Of a stretch of DNA of 20,000 nucleotides, positions 8,198-15,291 are shown in pieces. This DNA comes from an uncultured virus (IMG/VR IMGVR_UViG_3300025030_000083) (lineage: Duplodnaviria > Heunggongvirae > Uroviricota > Caudoviricetes), in the IMG/VR virus record IMGVR_UViG_3300025030_000083, positions 55,292-75,291 of that record. One strand, given 5' to 3'. The position numbers were made by a program, and so were the translations under genes. The notes beneath the pieces were generated by a model. That model saw only the letters and a program-made list of their open reading frames with translations, did not search any database and was not told where the DNA came from. Every line of letters starts with the position of its first letter. Position 1 is the stretch's first letter.

Positions 8198-11100
8198 ATG
8201 CGAGGGTTCTTTGATATACCAACTCCTGCTAAAGCAGCCCAACCAAAAACCCCCCGAGGGGCCGTAGGTTGTGACGCATGTGGGCTGAAAAATCGTACCC
8301 TATCCCCAAATATTCCCCCCACTGGTGAAGGAAAACTTAAAACCTTCATATTGGGGGAAGCTAGTGGTGAGCGAGAAGATCAACTGAACAATCAATTTAT
8401 AGGAGAAACTGGCCATTTTCTTAGAAAATGCTTTAGGATTATGGGGTACGATCTAGATAGAGATTTCAGAAAAACTAATGCCGTAGCGTGTTTTGTTTAT
8501 CATCAAGTTCCTATATTTACTATAGATGGGTATAAACCTGTATCTAAAGTTAAGGTGGGGGATTTAGTATTAACCCATAAAGGAAGATTTAGAAAGGTAA
8601 TATCTAGAATTCAAGATCTTCCCAAGCACCTTAAAAGAATTACTGAAGAAGTTTACAAAATTAAAGTGGGGAGGATCAATTCTCCTTATAAAAATAGAAG
8701 TTTGAAAGAATTTGTTGTTACCTCTTCACATAGATTTTTATCTAAAATAGACAATAAAGAAAATTGGGTTTATGCACGTCAATTAAATAAAGGAGATAGA
8801 ATAATAGCCATAGGAGAAAAATGTATAATTTGTGGGGGTATTTTTTTTAAAACTAATTCTTATGGGGAAAATATTTGTTCTTTAATCTGCGAAAGTAAAT
8901 ACTTAGAGGATAAATATGGAGAAAAACTTAGGGAGAAAGCCCATGAAAAAGTAAGAAGATCGGCTAAACTGGGCGTTTGGGGGAAGATGACGGGGGGGAA
9001 AGTAACTAAGGAAGCTAAGCTAAAAGGCAGAATAAAATGGGCCAAAATTAAAGAATCTGAAAATAAATTATCTAGTATATCTCCTATCACAATAGGATTT
9101 GGAGAGGGGTCTTTAGCAAATTATTTATCCGATAAAAAAATACAATTCATTTCTCAATTTGCCATTGAAACATTAAATTATGATTTCTTTTTGCCAAAGT
9201 ATAATTTGCTAGTGGAAGTAGATAATCCGGATAGGAACGGACAAAAATCAGTTAAAAATGATCAAACGAAAAAAAACATACTAGCTAAAAATTATAATTA
9301 TGAATTACTCCGAGTTTCCTCTAAAAATCCTATTTCCCCAATAGAAAGATTAATAAAGAATCATAATCAAGAATATCAATTCACCGAAGTAGAAATAGTT
9401 TCTATAGAAAAAATTCCTATAGGAAAAAGAATGTCTTTAACTTGCATAGAAGTAGAAGAGGACAATAGTTTTATAGCAAATAGAGTAATTCATCATAATT
9501 GCCGGCCAACCAACGAGAAGGGGAGCAACCGAACTCCGACTACACGGGAAATCAAAGCTTGCGAACCTAACTGGCGAGCAGCGATACAACAATTTCAACC
9601 GAAGTATATACTACTTTTTGGCGCAAAAGCAGTAGAGGCGTTTTTCATGAATAGGACTCAACCTATTTCAACAAATTTATCTATTGGGAGATGGAGAAAA
9701 CTTTGCATTCCTGATGTTCAAACGAAGGCTTGGGTTATCCCACTATACCATCCCTCTTTCGTTATCAGAAATCCTGACGCAGAGAACATTTTCAAATTAG
9801 ACCTCCAATGGGCAATGGAACAAATAACTTCAAATTTACCAGAAATAGAAGAAATTGATTATTCCCAAAAGATAAAATGTCTAACCAATACAGATGAAAT
9901 TTTAGATATTCTCAAAACGATTAAAGAACAAAAACCAACGATAGCATTTGATTATGAAACTACTGGCCTCCGTCCCTACTATCCCGGCCACTCTATTGTG
10001 TCTACGGCTGTCGCTATCTACGGGGAGGACATAGCCTATGCCTGGCCCTACTCCTACCCCGGAGCGTGGCAATCAGGACAGTTAGAAGCGTTGAATAAGG
10101 CATGGCGAGGGGTACTCTCCGACCCAGAAATATTAAAAGTAGCCCAGAATATTCAGATGGAGCATCCGTGGAGTAAAATCATAATTGGAGAAGAGCCAAA
10201 AGGATGGTATTGGGATACAATGGTTTGTTCTCATATCGTAGATGAACGAGCAGGATTTACAGGGCTAGATTTTCAAACGTTTATAAATTGGGGGTATGAA
10301 TACGGAGGGGATATTTCTAAATTCAAAAAGGCCCTTCCGGGAACTAAATTTAATACTATGCAGAAGTGCCCATTAAATGAGCTATTGAAATATAACGGAT
10401 TAGATGCTTATTTCACGATGAGATTGGCGGAACGGCAATGGGATTTCATGGATAAGGGGAATAAGGAATCCCTCGCCGCTTCTAAAGCCTACGATTTATT
10501 TCATAAAGGAGTTCTTGCTTTTTCTGATATGGAAATGGAAGGGATCTCAGTAAACGTAGAATATTATCAAGATACCCAAATAAAATTAGAAAAAAGACTA
10601 GATTTCCTAGAAAAACAATTACTTCGCTCTCCAGAAGCAAAATTATTTAAATCTAAAACAGGAAGAGAAATAAAATTAACTTCTTCTGATGATATGAAAA
10701 AACTTTTGTTTGAATTCTTAGGAGTAAAATCCATCAAAAAAACGGAGGGTGGTGGGGACTCCGTAGATAAAGACGTTGTGGAAAGTTTGGATATACCCTT
10801 CGCAAAAGATTTGGTTAAAAAAAGAAAATTGGATAAATTGAAGACTACTTATATTGATGGAATTTTAGGTTTACAAGTCAATAAAAAATTACATCCTAAT
10901 TCTAATTTACATTTAGTAAGAACAGGCAGAAGTTCTATGGACTCCCCCAATATGCAAAACATTCCCAAAAGAGATAAAGAATCTATGACTATGGTAAGAA
11001 ATGGAATAATTCCCTCTCCAGGAAACCTATTAGCTGAGGCTGATTATGGGGGGCATGAAGTCGGCATTTTAGCTTGCTATTCCAAAGACCCTGTATTAAT

Positions 11101-11722
11101 GAAAGAACGTATAGATGGAGCGGATATTCATCAAGAGTGGGCAGATTTTTTACAACTAAAGGGATTCGATGCAAAAATAATGAGATTCGATGCCAAGAAC
11201 GCCATGGTTTTTGCCCTCTTTTACGGCAGTTATTATAAAAATATTCATGCAGATTTAATTAGCAGAGGATACCATGATCTACCTATAATGAGAGTTCAAA
11301 AAGCAGAGCGAGAATTTTGGCTAAAATATCGTGGGATTAAAAAATTTCAAGATGGACTAATAAAATCATACCAACAAAACGGATATGTTGAAATGATGCA
11401 TGGCTTCCGACGAAGGGGATTTTTAACCAAAAATGAAATTATAAATTCCGTAATTCAAGGCACAGCATTCCACGTACTTTTAGAATCAATAATTAAAATA
11501 AATGAAATATCAAAAGAAGAAAAATGGAAATCTAAATTAATAGGACAAATCCATGATTCTATAATTATAGATACTAACCCAAACGAAATAGATCATGTAA
11601 TAGAAACCACTAAAAAAGTGATGACTAAAGATGTTTTAGCGAACAATCCTTGGATCATTGTCCCATTAATATCTGATATAAAAATAGGAAAAATTAACCA
11701 ATCCTGGGATTTTTTAGTATGA
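8198..11722 (+). CDS. polA: Family-4 uracil-DNA glycosylase (intein-interrupted) fused to 3'-5' exonuclease and family A DNA polymerase
   Basis: UDG: CDACGL, GEASG, QFIGETG, TNAVA|CRP, EIKAC, YHPS. Exonuclease: FDYETTGL, DTM, YNGLDA. Polymerase: TGRSS..PNMQNIP, motif A ADYGGHE, motif B RFDAKNAMVFALFYG, NSVIQGTA, motif C QIHDSI. Confidence 0.93.
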   Translation: MRGFFDIPTPAKAAQPKTPRGAVGCDACGLKNRTLSPNIPPTGEGKLKTFILGEASGEREDQLNNQFIGETGHFLRKCFRIMGYDLDRDFRKTNAVACFVYHQVPIFTIDGYKPVSKVKVGDLVLTHKGRFRKVISRIQDLPKHLKRITEEVYKIKVGRINSPYKNRSLKEFVVTSSHRFLSKIDNKENWVYARQLNKGDRIIAIGEKCIICGGIFFKTNSYGENICSLICESKYLEDKYGEKLREKAHEKVRRSAKLGVWGKMTGGKVTKEAKLKGRIKWAKIKESENKLSSISPITIGFGEGSLANYLSDKKIQFISQFAIETLNYDFFLPKYNLLVEVDNPDRNGQKSVKNDQTKKNILAKNYNYELLRVSSKNPISPIERLIKNHNQEYQFTEVEIVSIEKIPIGKRMSLTCIEVEEDNSFIANRVIHHNCRPTNEKGSNRTPTTREIKACEPNWRAAIQQFQPKYILLFGAKAVEAFFMNRTQPISTNLSIGRWRKLCIPDVQTKAWVIPLYHPSFVIRNPDAENIFKLDLQWAMEQITSNLPEIEEIDYSQKIKCLTNTDEILDILKTIKEQKPTIAFDYETTGLRPYYPGHSIVSTAVAIYGEDIAYAWPYSYPGAWQSGQLEALNKAWRGVLSDPEILKVAQNIQMEHPWSKIIIGEEPKGWYWDTMVCSHIVDERAGFTGLDFQTFINWGYEYGGDISKFKKALPGTKFNTMQKCPLNELLKYNGLDAYFTMRLAERQWDFMDKGNKESLAASKAYDLFHKGVLAFSDMEMEGISVNVEYYQDTQIKLEKRLDFLEKQLLRSPEAKLFKSKTGREIKLTSSDDMKKLLFEFLGVKSIKKTEGGGDSVDKDVVESLDIPFAKDLVKKRKLDKLKTTYIDGILGLQVNKKLHPNSNLHLVRTGRSSMDSPNMQNIPKRDKESMTMVRNGIIPSPGNLLAEADYGGHEVGILACYSKDPVLMKERIDGADIHQEWADFLQLKGFDAKIMRFDAKNAMVFALFYGSYYKNIHADLISRGYHDLPIMRVQKAEREFWLKYRGIKKFQDGLIKSYQQNGYVEMMHGFRRRGFLTKNEIINSVIQGTAFHVLLESIIKINEISKEEKWKSKLIGQIHDSIIIDTNPNEIDHVIETTKKVMTKDVLANNPWIIVPLISDIKIGKINQSWDFLV
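8489..9499 (+). mobile_element. Intein (337 aa) with Zn-finger and Vsr/DUF559-like endonuclease
   Basis: Starts CFVYHQVPIFTIDGYKPVSKVKVGDLVLTHKGR, has block B TSSHRF and ends IEVEEDNSFIANRVIHHN|C. Removal restores TNAVACRP. Internal CIICG...CSLIC and QF....YDFFLPKYNLLVEVD; AT-rich. Confidence 0.93.
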
Positions 11723-11734
11723 GGGAGTTAAAAG

Positions 11735-11764
11735 TTGAAAATGTAGGAAATCCTGTAGTATAAG
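11735..11764 (+). promoter_or_regulatory. Possible sigma70-type promoter upstream of the clamp loader gene
   Basis: TTGAAA-18 nt-TATAAG in the 57-nt intergenic gap, followed by RBS AAGGAG. Confidence 0.3.
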
Positions 11765-11779
11765 GTAAGGAGAGAACCT

Positions 11780-12709
11780 ATGCCTTTGCAATTGTCGTAT
11801 CGCCCAAAAAATCTAGAGGAGTTTTTTGGAAATGAAAATATTAAGGAAAGCCTAAAATCAATTTTATCAAGAGAAGATAAACCACATACCATTTTACTAT
11901 CTGGTCCAAGTGGATGCGGAAAAACAACCCTCGCAAGAATAATCGCTAACATGTTGAAATGTTCTGAAATGGATTTAGCTCAATATAATATATCTGATAT
12001 GCGGGGGATTGATACTGCTAGAGAAATTATAGCTAGTTGCCAGTTTGAGCCATTGTATGGGGACATAAGAGTAATCATTCTGAACGAATGTCACAAATCT
12101 ACCGCCGATTTTCAGAATGCAATGTTAGAAATTCTAGAAGAACCCCCAAAGGGAGTCTATTTCATTCTTTGTACTACAGAACCAGAGAAATTGTTGAAAA
12201 CAATTAAAACTAGATCCACCACATATAACGTTTCAACTCTACGAAAACACGATATGATTTCCTTGATAAATTGGATTTTAACCTCAGAGAACGTTCAATT
12301 ATCGGAAAAGGTGAAAAGTGACATTCTATTCTCCGCAGAAGGGTGTGCTAGAAAAGCATTGGTCATTTTGGATCAAATCATTGATATCCAAGAGGAAGAG
12401 AAACAACTTGAAGCTATCAATGAAAATTTACCTAGTGAGACTGTCATTATTGACTTGTGCCGCAAAATTATGGCTAAAGAGAAGGGCGAAAATCGTTGGA
12501 AAGAATTATCCATAATGTTGAAGGGAGTGGATCAGGAAGCTGAATCAGTTCGCAGAGCGGTTCTTGGGTATCTTGCCTCCGTACTTTTAAATGGGGACCA
12601 TAAGAATGGAGAGAGAGTAGTTAGATTGATGGCTGAATTCTCAAACAATTTTTATGATTCTGGAAAAGCCGGATTAATTGCAAGTTGTTACATGTCTACT
12701 CTAATATAA
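11780..12709 (+). CDS. dnaX: Clamp loader AAA+ ATPase (DnaX gamma/tau or RFC-like)
   Basis: YRPKNLEEFFG, Walker A GPSGCGKTT, RGID, ILNECH, NAMLEILEEPP, FILCTTEPEKL, TIKTRS, GCARKAL. Confidence 0.9.
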   Translation: MPLQLSYRPKNLEEFFGNENIKESLKSILSREDKPHTILLSGPSGCGKTTLARIIANMLKCSEMDLAQYNISDMRGIDTAREIIASCQFEPLYGDIRVIILNECHKSTADFQNAMLEILEEPPKGVYFILCTTEPEKLLKTIKTRSTTYNVSTLRKHDMISLINWILTSENVQLSEKVKSDILFSAEGCARKALVILDQIIDIQEEEKQLEAINENLPSETVIIDLCRKIMAKEKGENRWKELSIMLKGVDQEAESVRRAVLGYLASVLLNGDHKNGERVVRLMAEFSNNFYDSGKAGLIASCYMSTLI

Positions 12710-12718
12710 GGGGAAAAT

Positions 12719-12910
12719 ATGGACGTTAATAAAATAAATGAAGGAGTTGCGAAAGTGCTTACAGGCATCAAAGAGCTAAATGGTTTTGATATAGCAGAAA
12801 AGATAGCGGTGCTCCAATCCGCTGCTTCTTTACTACAAAATACTCTAGCAGCGGAGGGAATTAAAGAAATTTATAAAAATGTGTTCGATAAAATGTTAGG
12901 GGGGAAATAA
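12719..12910 (+). CDS. Small helical hypothetical protein
   Basis: RBS AAGGGG and operon context. Confidence 0.65.
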   Translation: MDVNKINEGVAKVLTGIKELNGFDIAEKIAVLQSAASLLQNTLAAEGIKEIYKNVFDKMLGGK

Positions 12911-12913
12911 GAA

Positions 12914-13414
12914 ATGAGCGACGAATTAGAAATTTCAGAAATTGAAAAAGACTTAGAAATTGATAAAGACAACCTCGATATTGCATGCCTCGACCAGCCA
13001 AGACGTTTCCTAAAGTGGTCAATAGAATACTCAGAAGCCATCCGAGTCAGAGACGAAGCAAAAAGGAGGGCAATGGTAATTAAATCTAATATAAATATGG
13101 ATGTACGTGCTCGCCCTGCGGAGTATAAAATAGATAAAGTAACGGAGGGTTCCATAAATGCAGCTTTAGAATCCAACGAGGAGGTGAATAAAGCCGAGAA
13201 AGAAATATCAGATGCACAATATGCGGTGAATATTTATTCCGCCGCAAAAGAAGCACTAGATCAACGCCGGTCCATGTTGGAGAGATTGGTGGCTCTGTAC
13301 ATCTCTGGTTACTTTTCTCAAGTTCGGTTGGATACCACAGAGGTAGGAAAATTAGCAGATGACGCCACCGCCCACCAACGATCTCTCCTCAAGGCCAGAA
13401 AGAGGACCGAATGA
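12914..13414 (+). CDS. uvsY: UvsY-like recombination mediator
   Basis: DLEIDKDNLD....QP..F..W plus KVTEGSI and coiled-coil helices; near SSB and RecA. Confidence 0.65.
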   Translation: MSDELEISEIEKDLEIDKDNLDIACLDQPRRFLKWSIEYSEAIRVRDEAKRRAMVIKSNINMDVRARPAEYKIDKVTEGSINAALESNEEVNKAEKEISDAQYAVNIYSAAKEALDQRRSMLERLVALYISGYFSQVRLDTTEVGKLADDATAHQRSLLKARKRTE

Positions 13415-13629
13415 ATGATTTAAAACTGTGGGAACAAATATTAATAGCTGTAGTTGGAATACCCTTATCACTAATGGCTATATATATGGTGGTTAGGGTA
13501 ATAGCCACAGCGTGTATGAACAGTTGGTGGGACACTAAAATTAGTCACACCAAAAAACTCCTTGACGTGTTCAAGGATAACCCCCAAAAGGGACCGGAGG
13601 GCAAAAGTGACGCTCCGCCACATAAATGA
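13411..13629 (+). CDS. Small membrane protein whose C-terminus is supplied by the IS right end
   Basis: TM segment ILIAVVGIPLSLMAIYMVVRVIA; the last residues (SDAPPHK) are read from IS sequence starting at 13607. Confidence 0.7.
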   Translation: MNDLKLWEQILIAVVGIPLSLMAIYMVVRVIATACMNSWWDTKISHTKKLLDVFKDNPQKGPEGKSDAPPHK

Positions 13630-13750
13630 GGCGGCTTCTAAGAACATGTTAGCTAACACTAACATTAAGTCCTTCAGGCTGCGTCCCAGCCTGTATACCA
13701 CGGGCGAGAATTACTCGCGCCGCCGCATGATCTCTGTGCGCACTATACCC
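13587..13750 (-). ncRNA. TnpB omegaRNA/reRNA (5' limit approximate), guide about UUUUGCCCUCCGGUCCCUUU
   Basis: This is the expected position over the tnpB 3' end and right end. Hairpins CAGGCTG/CAGCCTG (13675-13693) and CCGCC/GGCGG (13615-13634). The guide is the flank after TCAC. Confidence 0.65.
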
Positions 13751-14776
13751 ACAATCACAATCATGCCTCCGCTCACTCAAGGTTTTCTTTTTAACCTTGC
13801 CGCACTCAGGACATATCTGCGAAGTATAACGCGCACTCACCTCTTCGTATCGAAGACCGGCGCTTTCAGCCTTGTTCTTCAATATCATAAGGAAGCTAGC
13901 CCAGCCAGCATCCAACACCGCTCGTGCCAATCGGTGGTTCTTGACCATCCCTTGGACGTTCAAGCTCTCCACCACAAAAGCTCCGTAGCGATTGATCAAA
14001 TTCACCGCAATTTTATGATGAGCATCCTTTCGTACATTCGATATTTTCAAGTACAATTTGGAAACAATCCTTCGTTGTTTTTCTCTACTATTCGATCCTT
14101 TTTTCTTTCTACTCAAACTGCGTTGGGAGATTCGAAGTTTGCCAAGATTTGGCTTCATCGGTTGAAGAGGATAGATATGCTCTCCATCACTAGTAGTCAA
14201 GAAACTTTCCAACCCAACGTCAATACCAATAATAGGCTTACATGTAATTATTTGAGGCACCAGGGGGAATTTGCAAACCGCCGTCACATACCATTTATCC
14301 AATTCTCTTTTAATATTAATAGTTTTAACTGTACCTTCAATGAGGCGATGCAAATTGATTCGTACCAGTCCAATATGTTGAAGCCTCAGTTTATTACCTA
14401 TTATCCGGGCACCATCTCCGCCACCAGATGGAAACGTTATCGAATGAAATTGATTTCTTGCTTTGAATCTCGGGTAGCCCGGCTTTCCGCCAGATTTAAC
14501 ACGGCGAAAGAACGCTTTGAAAGCCTTATCCAAATTGCGCATTGTTGCTTGAGCAGAGGAAAAATTGATTCTAGCATAGTATGGGTTTATCTTTCGATCA
14601 AGGGTAAATTGGGCCGATTGTTCCACATAATTAACGCCATGTTTATTTGTTTCATAAGATTCCTTTCGCCACCTCAAACAGGCATTGTAAAGTCTTCTGT
14701 GGGTTTCAAGGGATGTTTCAAGTTCCCTAGTTTGATTCACATTTGGTTCAAGTCGATATTTGAAAGCTTTGAACAT
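13649..14776 (-). CDS. tnpB: TnpB RNA-guided endonuclease
   Basis: KAFKYRLEP, GYPRFK, RuvC-I GIDVG, RuvC-II VESL, Zn finger CPECG...CDCG, RuvC-III HRD. Confidence 0.95.
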   Translation of the reverse strand: MFKAFKYRLEPNVNQTRELETSLETHRRLYNACLRWRKESYETNKHGVNYVEQSAQFTLDRKINPYYARINFSSAQATMRNLDKAFKAFFRRVKSGGKPGYPRFKARNQFHSITFPSGGGDGARIIGNKLRLQHIGLVRINLHRLIEGTVKTINIKRELDKWYVTAVCKFPLVPQIITCKPIIGIDVGLESFLTTSDGEHIYPLQPMKPNLGKLRISQRSLSRKKKGSNSREKQRRIVSKLYLKISNVRKDAHHKIAVNLINRYGAFVVESLNVQGMVKNHRLARAVLDAGWASFLMILKNKAESAGLRYEEVSARYTSQICPECGKVKKKTLSERRHDCDCGYSAHRDHAAARVILARGIQAGTQPEGLNVSVS

Positions 14777-15172
14777 CTACTTTCCCTTTTGCGAGTCTAT
14801 ATACATTCGTATTGTTACTCCCAAAACTTGCCCTACAGTTCCAGCATAATAACTACGACTCCAAAGAGTAGGCAATCGAGAACGCAACGAAGAAAACTCC
14901 CGACGCAATATTCGACTAGTGAAACCCTTCAGTCGATTTACAATTTCAGCAATCCCTTGACGAGGGTCAAATTCTATAAATATATGGACATAATCTGGAT
15001 TTATATCCAAAGAGTAAATTACCATTTCCAATTCTTTTGTCTTGGTATAAAGCAATATCCTAAGCCTCTTTTCAATATCCTCTACAAGCACAGGGCGGCG
15101 GTATTTGGTGCACCATATCAAATGCAATTTAAGATTAAAAATTGCCTTAACATTTCGAACATATCTTGCCAT
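14777..15172 (-). CDS. tnpA: IS200-type Y1 transposase TnpA, HUH motif mutated
   Basis: HLIWCTKYRRPVL, PDYVHIF (canonical PDHVH), LKGFTSR, LWSRSYY, YIDSQ. ATG at 15172 is preferred over TTG 15208. Confidence 0.9.
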   Translation of the reverse strand: MARYVRNVKAIFNLKLHLIWCTKYRRPVLVEDIEKRLRILLYTKTKELEMVIYSLDINPDYVHIFIEFDPRQGIAEIVNRLKGFTSRILRREFSSLRSRLPTLWSRSYYAGTVGQVLGVTIRMYIDSQKGK

Positions 15173-15179
15173 GTAAATT

Positions 15180-15208
15180 ATTATAAGTTCGGCGAGTATA
15201 TAAGTCAA
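15180..15208 (-). promoter_or_regulatory. Near-consensus sigma70 promoter for tnpA/tnpB, probably leaderless
   Basis: TTGACT-17 nt-TATAAT, then 7 nt to the tnpA ATG with no Shine-Dalgarno sequence. Confidence 0.75.
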
Positions 15209-15291
15209 GTTAATCGAAAGGAGGGAGTTTCCTCTGCCACCTAAAGGCAGCAGTTACTAATTTAATAAAATAAAAGAAGGAGGAAAAAGAA

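Larger units (their letters stand above)
13607..15264 (-). mobile_element. IS200/IS605-family insertion sequence (tnpA + tnpB)
   Basis: Right end on the - strand: GAAG-CCGCC-loop-GGCGG-AGCG-TCAC ending at 13607. Left hairpin CTGCC..GGCAG at 15234-15250. The left boundary is inferred next to TTAT (15265-15268) and is less certain. Confidence 0.88.

Noticed and set aside
13649..14776. Cas12f or other CRISPR effector
   Set aside because: The adjacent tnpA and IS ends are present and there is no array or cas gene, so it is an ordinary TnpB.
15173..15208. TTG start of tnpA at 15208
   Set aside because: This TTG is the -35 box; ATG 15172 gives a typical TnpA N-terminus.
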